From: Iphione sp. A-MEVVRFRX5 | Lineage: Eukaryota | Assembly (NCBI GenBank): GCA_976226885.1 | Contig: OZ320316.1 | Coordinates: 83,514,001 to 83,578,000 of the forward strand | Length of the DNA: 64,000 nt | Reading direction: 5' to 3' | In this document: piece by piece, positions 1 to 11,546 of the stretch | How positions within the stretch are numbered: the first letter of the stretch is position 1 | Layout of the letters: each line of letters begins with the position of its first letter | Translations under genes and position numbers: made by a program | The notes under the pieces: generated by a model | What the model saw: only the letters and a program-made list of their open reading frames with translations | Database searches by the model: none | What the model was told of the DNA's origin: nothing

Positions 1-869
1 ACGACTCCTCCAGCAGGATTCTGGTCTGGTCTCGGCCGCTTCTGGGACTCTAGACCTCAGATGGTAACTTGGTCACTCAAAATCTCAAGAAGAACTCCCT
101 CTCTCTAAGGGGATGTGGAGCTCTTTCTTATATACAAACTCTGTCCCAAGTCCTTACTTTTCATTGGCTGAAAAGGGACTATTCCGATTGGAGGGTTGGG
201 AGAGGGGACTCTTCCCATTGGCTCACATAAGTAAGCACTGCACGGCAGGTCCCAAAAGATCAAAGGGATTCCAGGAAAAGACAAATGAGGGCCCTGAGAA
301 TTGCACAATCTTCTGACGAAGATTGATGAGAGTCATAAACGTCAGCTTAAGCTAAAAGAGGAACCAAAACTGTCATGATGGTCATAGCACTTGGTTTATG
401 GGCAGGGAAACTAACTAGATGGATAATGAGAAAGGGGCCCAGCCTCTTTGAAGGGGCCGGGGTCCGAGCTCAGCTCATTCGGGGAGGAATTCGGACCGGA
501 GTTACACAGGCGGGAATTTGGCAGGTATGCCTTGAGACCTATAAACAGGGCCATAAAGAGGGGAAGAAGTATTCCTCACCTGTCGGATCCCTCTCAGATT
601 GAGTCATGGCAAGGTGTAAGTTCTCTTTGATCTAGTAACTGCTCTTGCGAACGAGGGGAATTGCTCATTCCTGCCTGGATTGCTTCGAATTGCGTCACGA
701 AATGTTGGAAACTTGCTGACTATGCATTTGAAAAGGAACGTTAGTGTTCCCGAGATAAGGAAAGGCCGGATGGGTACACTGGGTATGCTGAGCCAGCCCG
801 GAGGGTTTGGGCATGGTCGATCTAGTTTTTGCGATGGAGTCGATCTTTAAGGGAGTCGTTGATCTAACA
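1..869 (-). mobile_element. LTR of a Ty3/Gypsy-type element, truncated by the window start; second copy of the LTR at 46463-47990
   Basis: 1-869 is the reverse complement of 46463-47363 with scattered substitutions and small indels. Similarity stops exactly at GATCTAACA (869), which reads TGTTAG on the minus strand, a typical LTR start. The window does not show whether it is a solo LTR or the end of a full element. Confidence 0.85.
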
Positions 870-1205
870 CTAGCAAGACTGGAGCCTGATATAATCGACG
901 ACACTGAGCAGTTGCTACTAAATAGCATGGTCAAACTACACAATGTGATTGCTGCTATGACAACAGACAGGCTGTGTCTTCCACCGCCAGATTTGGACAG
1001 TCCAGTCAACTGCTACGATGATCGTGGTTTGACCGTGGACAGCGACTACCTCAAGGATAATGGATCTTCAGTGGTATGGTCGGTCATGGTTGACTGGTCG
1101 TACTCGCTGTATGACTTCCTGAGGAAATTCCTCCAGCGTTTCGGGAGGCACCTCCCTGAGCCGTACGTTTTTCCTGCATCCGATGATGAGGATGACACAG
1201 ATTGA
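870..1205 (+). pseudogene. C-terminal remnant of a probable LINE ORF1 (SGNH/esterase-like), cut by the LTR
   Basis: Open frame LARLEPD...LHNVIAAM...LPPPDLDSP...YLKDNGSSVVWSVMVDWSYSL...* starts right after the LTR and lies upstream of LINE ORF2 on the same strand. It loosely resembles the C-terminal half of LINE ORF1 esterases, but the catalytic His is not visible. Confidence 0.4.
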
Positions 1206-1989
1206 TCTCACACATGTTAAGGTCGTATATTTAACCGCATTCCCCATATGACTTAACTGATGTATTTCTAAATTCAGGTCACTGGTTTGACCACCTCCAA
1301 CTTACTCAGGGCTCATGTTATTCATGTATGTTACTTAGACTACATTCCGATGCTGTGATTTTCTACCTTGTAAAGTTTTTCGCTAACTTTTACATCCTCT
1401 AAGCGCATAGCCAGATGGATCTTCGTACTCGGTTTTATGTCTAGAGTGTAAGATCAGATATTTACATCATAGACGTTACCAGTCAGTAGCGCGTATTTTT
1501 ATCTCCCAAAGATACAGACTCCTTCCTTTGCCATGACTATTTGCTCATACAATAGTAAAGGTGTGCCTCAGTTTACACTCATACCCAAGTGTCTTTGTAT
1601 ACTCTAAATGCATGTACTTGAATGATGTTTACACGGGGCCTTTTGCCTATCTTACCAAGATATTCTCGTTCGTGTACCCACTATATAGCCCTTGCGCGTA
1701 TCCCAGTAACAGCCTTTGCTATGCATACCTGTATATATTTTTCTGTGATTTTTTTTTTTTTTCGTTATGACTACGAAAGTGTACAGTAACTTCAGCAACC
1801 GTACTGACCCATTGTCAAAGGCACTGACAGTGACGGACAGTGAAGACTAACGACAATGTACAGCAACCGACTGACGATAGCTACCGTCCCATAACTGACA
1901 CAACTTAAAAGAAATCTGCCACTGTCGACGGACTTTCACTGACCGGGGGGCAGTGTGTCCTTGTATCCTGACTGTGTACTAGACATATC

Positions 1990-4773
1990 ATGAGAGGACT
2001 TCAAATTGTTAATTTAAACATCAGAAGTCTACCTTGCAAGACTTCGATGTTGACACACTATCTGCACACAAACAAAACAGCCATCTGCTGTCTGACCGAA
2101 ACTTGGCTGACTCCGACACACACTGACGGAAGCCTAAATATTCCTGGATACAGCTTTATACGCGAAGACAGGACCCAGGGGTCTGTCAAACGTGGTGGAG
2201 GCCTAGGGATTTACTATAAAGAGGAGTTTAAACTCCTGGGTAAATCCAAACTCTCTGTTGATGGGTCATTAACAGAGATAATGGCCCATACGCTGAAATG
2301 TGGCGAGAGAAGGCCGCTCATACTGTTGTTGGTTTACCGCCCGCCGCATGAAAGTGCCAGTGACTCACGCACAGCACTAGAAAATGCGATCAGCAAGTAT
2401 GCCTCAAATCACAGGGCAGACGTAGTGGTCCTTGGTGACCTAAATTTTGACTATGGAGCCAGGAACCGGGTAGCCACTACTATTACAGGACTGCTTTCAG
2501 GCTATGAGTTTGTGCAGCTAGTGAACGACAAAACAATGGTTGACCATGGTTCTTGCCTGGACCAAATCTGGGTCCGGGATAGATGCTTCAGTGAGGCGGC
2601 CGTGCTTGACTGGTTACTTAGTGACCATTGGCCAACCTCAGTTTGGTTGAAGAAGGGGGTCCTATACAGACGGACAACTACTGTGACATACAGGCAATGG
2701 CACTTAGTGGACATTGACTACCTGACTCAACAAGTGCGTGAACGTGGGATGAGGCAGACTGATGATCACTCTGCCTCATGGGACACCTTTGCAGCAGTGT
2801 GCAAGGAAGAGCTGGAAAAGATGTGCCCACCAAGGAAACGCACCCTTCGCCCAGATCAGAACAGGTTCAGACTTAACGCTGAAACAATAAACCTGATCAA
2901 GGACCGTGAGTATTTTGTGAAGAAATGGAGGCGTGAAAGATGTGAGGATTCCAGACGTATCTTTAAACATCTGACTAAACAAATTAAGAAGGCCATCCTA
3001 TCCAGTAAACGCCAGTATTGGCACGAGAGAATCCAAGAGGCCCACTCAAATACGAGTGAACTCTGGAAAGTACTCAACGATGCCATTGGCAAAACCTCAA
3101 ACCCCACATTACCGGTCGTTGGGGAGGGTTGCAAGTGGGAGTCAAATAAGGCACTAGCCAATGATTTCAATTGTTACTTTGCTGATGCGGTGTCCTCTCT
3201 GGTTACTCCAATCAGCGACGCGGGTAACGTAGCAACAAAGTGGAATGGCGACAAGTATGACCTGGTTGACCCAACCCCGATCCAGTTAAGGCAATTTGTC
3301 CTGGAGGTCAAAACTAACAAGGCATCTGGCGTAGACGGGGTACCAACTCGAGTACTCAAAAGGGTCCTACTCGGCTGCCTGGACTATTTGTGCTGGCTCT
3401 TCAAAATGATCAGTGCAACCGGAACTTACCCTAATTCTTGGAAGATCGCTAGGGTCTCCCCGATCTTAAAGAGGGGAAGTCCAGGGGAGCTCTCTAACTA
3501 TCGACCAGTGTCGATCTTGCCTATGCCAGGAAAGATCTGGGAATCGTGGCTGACCACTGGCATCAGGCCGTACCTTTATGGCAGGGAAGTAATAGGCAAA
3601 AATCAACATGGTTTCACTCCGGACAGGAGCACTGAATCAGCCATTTCCACTATCCTACTAAGAGCATGGGAAAAACTGAATGAAGGCAGGTATTGCTGCA
3701 TACTAGCGGTGGACCTGAAGAAAGCCTTTGATTTGGTGCAACATGGTCTGATCATTGCAAAACTGGCAGCCTCCAGAGCCAGCCTGCGCTTGGTTCGTAT
3801 GTTAAAGGGGTACTTCACAGGACGTAAGCAATACGTACGCTGTGGCCAGGATGCCTCTGAACTGAAACATCTGCCGCACGGGGTCCCACAGGGATCGGTG
3901 CTCGGCCCGGTGGCATTCAATGTAGCTGTGAACGGAATCTGCTCTGTTCTGTCTGATAATGCCACCGGGGTAATGTACGCTGACGACATGACAGTTGTGT
4001 GCTGGGCCTGGGACTTACTGCAACTGAGGTCGGTGGTGCAACACTCTGCAAACAAGATCTCAGAATGGTGCTGCAGCAATGGTTTCGTCATGAGCGAAGC
4101 AAAATGCCTATATATGCCGTTGGACAAGGCCAAGGGGCTAGATCTGGACATCACTCTGAAAGGGGTGAAAATGGCATCATCAGAGACACTAACCCTGCTT
4201 GGCTACACTATTGATGCCAAGTTGACGTTCAATGAGAGCAGAAGGTGCCTAAAAAAGCGCATGTGGGCAAGCTCATTGGCAATAGGTAGGACAAAACAAG
4301 TACTACCACTGGATGCGAGGAGACGATTATTCAAAGCTCTGGTGACTAGCCATCTGCACTATCACTGTATATTATATTACGGTGCTAGCCGGGCAGCGAT
4401 ACAAGACCTGCAGGTACATGTAAATCGCTGTGCCAGGATCTCCATTCAAGCTGGCGAGTTCCTCAGTGCCAGGAGACTAATGGAGATCCTGTGCATGGAC
4501 AGTGTGGAGCAGCTCATCAATGAACGTGGCCTGATGGCCGTACACAGGCTGATGAGACTTGGCTGTTTGAGAAAAGCAGCTCCAACGAAGACCCGCAAGG
4601 GCTCTGTAGGTCGTGCGCATGTTCCCAGGCCTAAGAACAATGCGTTTGCCAAAAGCCTGGCATACCATGGCATTTCCACGTGGAATACCTTGCCTGAAAG
4701 GCTGAAAAGGCAGATGAAACTCTCCAAAAGCGCCCTAAGGGAAGCAGTTCATCCCTCCATTGGCGCTAACTGA
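1990..4773 (+). CDS. LINE ORF2 (APE endonuclease + reverse transcriptase), CR1/L2 group, intact, 927 aa
   Basis: APE motifs NLNIRSL, LTETWL, VYRPP, GDLN, LDQI, SDH. RT motifs YRPVSIL, QHGF, DLKKAFD, GVPQGSVLGP, YADD, LLG. No stops or frameshifts. Confidence 0.96.
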   Translation: MRGLQIVNLNIRSLPCKTSMLTHYLHTNKTAICCLTETWLTPTHTDGSLNIPGYSFIREDRTQGSVKRGGGLGIYYKEEFKLLGKSKLSVDGSLTEIMAHTLKCGERRPLILLLVYRPPHESASDSRTALENAISKYASNHRADVVVLGDLNFDYGARNRVATTITGLLSGYEFVQLVNDKTMVDHGSCLDQIWVRDRCFSEAAVLDWLLSDHWPTSVWLKKGVLYRRTTTVTYRQWHLVDIDYLTQQVRERGMRQTDDHSASWDTFAAVCKEELEKMCPPRKRTLRPDQNRFRLNAETINLIKDREYFVKKWRRERCEDSRRIFKHLTKQIKKAILSSKRQYWHERIQEAHSNTSELWKVLNDAIGKTSNPTLPVVGEGCKWESNKALANDFNCYFADAVSSLVTPISDAGNVATKWNGDKYDLVDPTPIQLRQFVLEVKTNKASGVDGVPTRVLKRVLLGCLDYLCWLFKMISATGTYPNSWKIARVSPILKRGSPGELSNYRPVSILPMPGKIWESWLTTGIRPYLYGREVIGKNQHGFTPDRSTESAISTILLRAWEKLNEGRYCCILAVDLKKAFDLVQHGLIIAKLAASRASLRLVRMLKGYFTGRKQYVRCGQDASELKHLPHGVPQGSVLGPVAFNVAVNGICSVLSDNATGVMYADDMTVVCWAWDLLQLRSVVQHSANKISEWCCSNGFVMSEAKCLYMPLDKAKGLDLDITLKGVKMASSETLTLLGYTIDAKLTFNESRRCLKKRMWASSLAIGRTKQVLPLDARRRLFKALVTSHLHYHCILYYGASRAAIQDLQVHVNRCARISIQAGEFLSARRLMEILCMDSVEQLINERGLMAVHRLMRLGCLRKAAPTKTRKGSVGRAHVPRPKNNAFAKSLAYHGISTWNTLPERLKRQMKLSKSALREAVHPSIGAN

Positions 4774-5199
4774 CACGGCTGTGACTTTCGACTGACACAT
4801 CCCAACTAGCATTTGACACTAGATGACGCGAACCTGACGACTTTAAGCACGAATACTGCCATGCTGACTGTGTTAATAGCCGTGATGCTGTGCAACGATT
4901 ATGCTCATACGAAATGTGTTGTTGTTGATAACTGATATACCCTTACCGATCATGTGAACAGCAAGATATACCCTGTTAATCCAATGAGGAACTGTGATGA
5001 CTGTAATTGGATGACTATGTTTTCTCGCTACCCCATATCTAGTCTTGCCATATTATCCAGAACTGTACTGCTTGCCTATACACTTCACATTAGTATGTAA
5101 GAATTTTCGTGTACTCACTATCAATCTCTTTTTCTATATTGTCCCGTGAAAGCTCTGTAATCCGGAGAGGTTCAATAAAAGAATTTGAATTTGAATTTG

Positions 5200-6300
5200 T
5201 TTTGTTGTAACATGGTGATGTGTCAATTAGTTCTGTAGTATTGCTGTTGAGGAAACTTTGAGTTTTTCCCAGTATTGCTTTAAATTATTTCTGATATCAT
5301 TAAGCTCTTTTTTCTATATACATTGCTTTAGCCTTTTACACTTGTTTAAAATTTTGCGTTTGCCTTGCCATTTTAGTCATAAGTAGGTCCCCAGGGCTCT
5401 CAGCTCTTATGGCGTTCTGTAATAGTTCAGCTCTATTCTTGATTTATAGCTCAGTATCTGTTCTGAACCCATTCTTTGCCTCTGTTTGCCTCCACTTTTT
5501 GAGCCACACAGCCCTCCTAATTGATCTTTTGACTATTGTCATAAAAAAGCGCACTTAAAATTTGGGTCCTTCAACTTGTCAAACAGGTCCCAGATTACCC
5601 TTTGTAATTCCTTTTCTAATTCATGGAAAGAGTAGCTTATATTAATTTGACTGGCTCAGTTACATTTGTCTTGTCCGTTATGGTAGCCACTATTGGATAG
5701 TGGGCACTTATAGATAGTTCTTTCCCCGATTAGTCCTGAATGTTGCTAATACGACATTGAGGAGTGAAGGGCATGTAGTTCTAGACTACTTGGATAAGGC
5801 CATAGGAGCTTATGGCATCAGAATAACCCCCTCCTTAGTCTATATTCAAAAGGCCCATGCAGATCATTCTTTTACTTTTGATTAATTGTAGATATACTTC
5901 AATGATTTCTATTGAATCCAATAGTGCACTACTCTTCCTTCGGTATCATAGTCCTACCAACACAGGGGGTCTTTCATATAAGAATATAATTCCCCAGAAT
6001 GATTCCAAGAGGTTGGTGGATACACTAAATGTTTGGCTAGTAGTGCATGAATTTATACAGACTTAGTATTCATAAATACAGCTATTCCCCCCCCCTGCAT
6101 ATTCCCCTCCACTGTAATCCAATGAAATGTATAGCTGTCGACTGCCATAGGAGCTGATGAGAGTGTGTAATAGTATGGCATCAAAACTACCCCCTTGACA
6201 ATTCTATACTCAAATCTCCCATACAGATCACACTCTTACTTTTGATTGATTGTATATGTACTTCAATTTTTTCTATTGATGCCAATAATGTACTACTGGG
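5200..6300 (-). pseudogene. Degenerate LINE ORF2 fragment (APE region) with an internal duplication
   Basis: Minus-strand remnants IIFLYERPP, MICMGLLNID and GLIQVV. About 5800-5935 is repeated in diverged form at about 6140-6300 (VICMGDLSIE). Confidence 0.55.
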
Positions 6301-9300
6301 CCGTCTTATTAACAGGTTAGAAATGGATGTCAAAAGGATAGTATCTTACAATAAAAATGCAAGCTTGTAGGCACGTACATCGTTAACAAATCTTCAGTAC
6401 CTTTCCATCGATTCAGTGTTAAAATGTTAATTACCCTGTGCCTGATTAGCATTAGTAGTGATATTTTCGTCAGTACTTATAAATCAATCTTATTTATGAA
6501 AAATACATTATTTACACATACAAGACACATTGTGTAATTGTATGTTTTGTTCTTTCACTGCTACTTTCATCATGGTTTCCTGTCCCTCTGGAGAAGAAAT
6601 ATATAGATTTTTCCCTAAAAAGAGGATACCCAAAACCTTATATTGCTAATAGAACATCTCTAATTGGAGAAATATTTAAGATAAATCTGAATAGCTTAAG
6701 TGAAGTTTTATTGTTTGGTTTTGTATTACTATGATGTTGGACTCATACAGTTGGCATGTGCATATGGTGTGGAGCTATGTCAGCTTTAGACTTTAGTAAA
6801 AATCAGTGAAGTCTAAACACAGGGAAGTGTGGACTAAATCTGTGTGCATGGGTGAGCTCTCTCAAAGAGTGCAGAGAGAGTGTCTTTTTATTCAAAGAAG
6901 CATCATACGTTGGAGTTAAGTTAATTTTACAGTTTAAACTGGGAACACTCTTTCTCAGTTATCTTAACCGGGAGCTGGATTCCACAGTACCAGATCACGA
7001 TCTGACAAGCCTATATCTGCAACCATTAGCTACCTATAATGCAGTATTTATACTGCGAGTACTGCATCTAAAATACAGTAATAACTTTCATCATTTGACT
7101 AAAGCTACAGGACAGGCCATATGTGTGAATGTATCCGTGATCCTGTCGTGGAATATTTGATTAGTTTAATGTAAATTCTCAAACTCAATATTACCACGAT
7201 AAAGTGAATGTCTAGGCAGATCTAGAACGGATTCTCTTTCACGTCTTTTCGAAATTCATTTATGAAGCGTACATTTTTCACCCTGCTGCTCCGCCATTAT
7301 ATGAGTACTAGGACGAACATGCGCGTTGTTTGAAAACGAATATATTCACATGAAGCCACAGAGCGGATGGTAGGGTGATCGGTTCACAGGTCAGGCGGTC
7401 CGGTTGTGCCGCGGACAGGAGGAAGCAGACGGTCTATTGGTCTGATCATATTATAGGCTCGGTCCCCATGGACGCCGCGTCAGTCAGCCGCTGGCCACTG
7501 CCACCGTCAACCCTTAAGTGACAGACCTGGCCGGGCCCTTCCATCTTTATAGCTGCGCTTACTTAATGGATGATCTAGTTATATAACAGTCTATTCATGT
7601 AGCTCGCAAATCCGATATGAACTAAGCCACGAGAGTTCTCGATACACTTCTTCGGAGAAATTTGAATTGGAAAGTTGGCTGTTATTGATAGAGGGCCGGT
7701 TTCAATGAGAGACGGACACCGGAGAGCTCCGCAAAGTGTTTGATGAAAAGTATCCGCTTCTGAATACACTGGCGGATGTGAGCGACTCTCGTGTGACCTT
7801 ATACGGTCAAGAAGAGGGTCAATCCCCATTAACTCATAGCAATGGGTGTCGTTTTCTGCCCTACCTCACGGCGATGAGTACAAAAACTGAATTAATTTTG
7901 AGGCCGTTCCCATTTTTTTAAAGGAATCCCCTTACCTGAAAACATATAGAGTTTATCCTATTGCCATGTATGGTTGAACCATGCCTTCCTTGTGATGCAT
8001 GCGACAGCGGTGGTCGGTCGTTACACTGCTTTGGTACTCAATTGAAGACCTATTAGTTCTCCTGCTCTTGTCTTGCCCTTGTGACGTCTTCGTCTTCCCC
8101 TGATTGCCGCTGGGTGCTCGCTTTAACACCCAAAAGTTAGGCACCCATTTAGTTGGGTCTTTGATCTTGGTAAACCGCCTGCACGACGCTGTGGTTGCTT
8201 TCAGAACTCGACGGAGACATTTCGTGCTTCGTTACTCTCTTATGTGCAATAAGGCTAGTTCAGTGACCAAGTACACTTATACACACGACAACGTGAGCCC
8301 TTCGAATATGCAGAGAGGGGACCCTCCGTTTGTACTGTCTGAGCCCCCGCCCGTACCCCCCACCCCTCCAGTAATGGCATCCGGCCACCAAATCATGCTG
8401 CAATTAACCTCGCCCTCATCAGCGGATTGAGTTTCGCGCCGCCTGCTGTCATGCATCGGAAATACGCGTTTAAGTTTCTGTGATGACCTGTTCTCACGTC
8501 CATCTCCCATCGGATCCCCTGTCAGGACACCAAGTCAGATGGATTCCTGCTCGGAAGTGAGTTGAAGCCCGCCACCGTCTTTCCCGACCAGTATTATTAC
8601 TTCCAATGGCGTGGTATCCACGGCAGACCACGTACTGTGGCAGCTATGACATTTCATTTATGGGTTTATTTATTAATCCTGAAGGGAAGCGCATTTACCA
8701 TGTGGCGCATCTATTTCCATTCGTGCCACGCAAACTACATTATATATTGAAAGGAGTCCTCAGGATTTGATGGATTATGACGGGAATTCTTTGTACCTTT
8801 CCGAACGACCAGGATCCCTATTACCAACATCAGGTAGAAGCACATTCATAACTGTCAAGATGTGTAAGATGATATGTGCAGCCTACCCATCTTAGTTATT
8901 TCTCCAGTTTGGTTTAGATGATGTAGTGATACGCCCTGCTAGGAGCTGGGCGAGTGCTGTCCTCTACAAGTAATACGGAAGTCCCGATTGAATACGATAC
9001 GATGATATCTGAGCAACATATTAACCTGTCGGATACTTCTACAAAGAAGTGTTGGTCAATGATCACATGAGTACAATATATGGCCCTTGCGTTGCACCAA
9101 CACTTGTACAAGCAACAGGGTCCCCTTTAATGCGAATGCTATTCTAACCACATCACACAGGGTAATTGCAAAGGGAACGACGTTACACCTGTGGGGGTTT
9201 GTGTGGCCTAAAGGGCCCAATCCTATCTGGTTGTTTGGGTGTATGACTTGGCCGGCTAGCCAGGCCAGCAGGGGGAGTTGGCAGTTACTTTGATGTGGTA

Positions 9301-9799
9301 AATCACGGTCGGGCAACCGCCAAGCAGCCAGCAGTTGCATTGAGCAGTTCACCTGTGGTGGTGGTGCTGAGTGATGGCCTAGGCCGTAAGCCTTTCGTGC
9401 TGATTGCTAGGCTCATGGGGCTGAGGGAGCAATTTATAGTCTATCTGCTCAGGAGTCGGTAGGGCGTGAAATTTAAAATTGGAGTAAAGCCGGTTCGTTT
9501 TTGTTAAAAGAGTAGTTTTTCTTATGAAGAGCAACCAATTGATCCGCTTGGTATTTGAATCTTAAAGAGAATTTTTACCTCCAGAGATGTCCGGATTGAA
9601 AATGGATGAAAAACTGGAGTCTTCAAAGATTGAATGCTGCAGTTCGAATCATGCTTTCAGGATTAAGATTCGAGTGCATTTAGCAAATTCGATAAGGACC
9701 ACTATCTAAAGACAATGTACATGAAGACAATATTTTGCAGCATACAATAGGTACAAAGTGCATTTTGGGTCCCTTATTTATCCTTTTGGACATCTATAT

Positions 9800-10110
9800 T
9801 GTTGGAGCCACTGCGTGGCTGCGGCACCGCGGCACACCAGGGGTGCTGCGGCACAGTGGATTGGACTGGTCGGGTGCAGCGGCACGCCCCCGTGCGGCAC
9901 TCGAAGGGGTGCTGCGGAGTATGAGGGGTCCGGTACCCGGATGCTGAGGAGACTGGGGGTGGGTATATAAGGGAGTTGGCCCGCCCGGGCAGTTCAGATT
10001 ACCTTTGGTGCTCACTGTTGGTGCTCACTGCTTATGCTCATATTGTTCTTACTGAATAAACCTCATTATCTTAACTGGAGTTATGTCTTACTTTCTGAGC
10101 GGACGTTACA
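9800..10110 (+). repeat. 5' LTR (311 bp)
   Basis: TGTTGG...TTACA, TATATAA at 9964-9970, AATAAA at 10055-10060. Six mismatches to the 3' LTR by manual alignment. Confidence 0.97.
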
Positions 10111-10111
10111 T

Positions 10112-10129
10112 TGGTGGCAGCGGTGGGAT
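10112..10129 (+). promoter_or_regulatory. Primer binding site complementary to tRNA-Leu
   Basis: TGGTGGCAGCGGTGGGAT starts 1 nt after the LTR. It is the reverse complement of ...ATCCCACCGCTGCCA-CCA, the 3' end of animal tRNA-Leu(AAG/UAG). Confidence 0.9.
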
Positions 10130-11546
10130 GGAGGAATCACCCACCGGAGCACCGCGACCGCGAGGAAGGGGGACACGCCCTGCCCCCCGGGGGGGACACG
10201 TGGGACGTACTATTCCCCACGAGTGGTCCCCCACGAGGGAAGACTCCAGCACTGAGGACGAGGAGGTGCAGCTCGGGGCGCATCGCGTGCCGCGGGGCCA
10301 CGGCACCCCACCGTGCCGCAGCACCCCACTGCGCCACAGCACCCCACCGTGCCGCCGCACCCCTTTGCGCCGCAGCGGCACAGCACTGTCGGACGAAGAC
10401 CACTCATCGAGCCGCAGCAGCAGTGAGGATTCTTCTATTCCCAGCGGGGCCGGCTCACCCCGTGGGAGGGGCAGTGACGACACCACGCCCGGAGCCCCCA
10501 CCGGGGTAGGAGGACAGGCAGATGGAACGGCGAACCCTCGCGACCCCGCTGCCCCGGCCTCCCCGCCGCCAGCAGCCCCGCCGGCTGGCCCTCCCCCGCA
10601 CAACCCGAGCCCGGCCGGGGGCAGACAGGGAAACGCCGTCCAGCTGATGCGGGGACTGATGGATGAGATCCAGTCCGCTCTCCGGCCTGCCCCCCCGGTA
10701 CCCCCGACACGCCGATTCCATGTCAAACCGGAATCCTTCAGTGGAGGAGTCCCCCTTGCGGAATACCTGCATCACTTCTCCCTGGTGGCCCGGGACAACC
10801 GATGGGACGAAGCGGAACAGGCGCTGCAACTCAGCGTGTGTCTCAGGGGCTTGGCACAATCCGCCCTCCGCTCAGCCAATGTGGATGTATCCGCTGAGGG
10901 AGCATTCTCGACTATTGTCGAGACCCTGCGACAGAGGTTCCAGTCGGAGGATCGAGCCCAGTATTATGAGCAGGAGTTGAAACAGCGTCGCCAGAAGAAG
11001 GACGAGGACGTCCAGAAACTGGCCGAGGAAATTGAAAGATTGGTACGGCAGGCCTACCCGGAGGCCGAGGGCTCCTGGTTGGATCGAATGTGCAAGGATG
11101 CCTTCGTCTCGGCCCTCCGCGAAGAGCGTTGCCGGAGATGGGTCGTGCAAGCTAAGGCCCGGTCCTTTCAGGCAGCCATCTCGGAGGCGCTCTTGGCCGA
11201 GTCGTACCACCGCGCCGAGAAGGAGCGCAGCCCGGGGGCTGGGGCGACGCGTGTCCATGCGGCACAGGCCGAATCTCAAGAGGTGGCGGCGGCCAGCCAC
11301 GACGCCAAGACAATGACCGGATTGGAGCGCATTGAGCTGCTCCTGTCCAAGCTACTGGAACAGCCCGCAACAACCGCTTCCCCCGTTAGGCGAGGCGGGA
11401 AGCGCGCGAACAACGAAGGATGCTTTTACTGCAAGGAGCCCGGGCACTTCAAGCGGGACTGCCCGGTGCGGAAGGCAGCCGAGGACACCGCCGACGTTGC
11501 TCCAATGCAGCCGGAAAACGAGAAGCCGCCCCCCCCGGCTCAGTAG
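10128..11546 (+). CDS. gag: Gag polyprotein
   Basis: ATG at the end of the PBS. Low-complexity N-terminus, capsid-like region (YLHHFSLVARDNRW, FVSAL) and CCHC knuckle CFYCKEPGHFKRDC. Confidence 0.93.
   Translation: MEESPTGAPRPRGRGTRPAPRGGHVGRTIPHEWSPTREDSSTEDEEVQLGAHRVPRGHGTPPCRSTPLRHSTPPCRRTPLRRSGTALSDEDHSSSRSSSEDSSIPSGAGSPRGRGSDDTTPGAPTGVGGQADGTANPRDPAAPASPPPAAPPAGPPPHNPSPAGGRQGNAVQLMRGLMDEIQSALRPAPPVPPTRRFHVKPESFSGGVPLAEYLHHFSLVARDNRWDEAEQALQLSVCLRGLAQSALRSANVDVSAEGAFSTIVETLRQRFQSEDRAQYYEQELKQRRQKKDEDVQKLAEEIERLVRQAYPEAEGSWLDRMCKDAFVSALREERCRRWVVQAKARSFQAAISEALLAESYHRAEKERSPGAGATRVHAAQAESQEVAAASHDAKTMTGLERIELLLSKLLEQPATTASPVRRGGKRANNEGCFYCKEPGHFKRDCPVRKAAEDTADVAPMQPENEKPPPPAQ

Larger units (their letters stand above)
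870..5198 (+). mobile_element. CR1/L2-group non-LTR retrotransposon (ORF1 remnant, long spacer, ORF2, 3' UTR, tail)
   Basis: 3' end has a small stem-loop (CTCT...AGAG, about 5145-5172), AATAAA at 5174 and a (GAATTT)x3 tail at 5181-5198. The 5' boundary is uncertain. Confidence 0.75.

Noticed and set aside
807-1205. ORF 807-1205 as a complete 132-aa gene
   Set aside because: Its first 21 codons come from the antisense LTR end, so it is a junction artefact.
8800-9350. Degenerate gag knuckle and protease on the minus strand (GPLGHTNPHRC; IKGDPVACTSVGAT)
   Set aside because: Key Cys and Asp residues are missing and there is no supporting RT, so the match is too weak to call.
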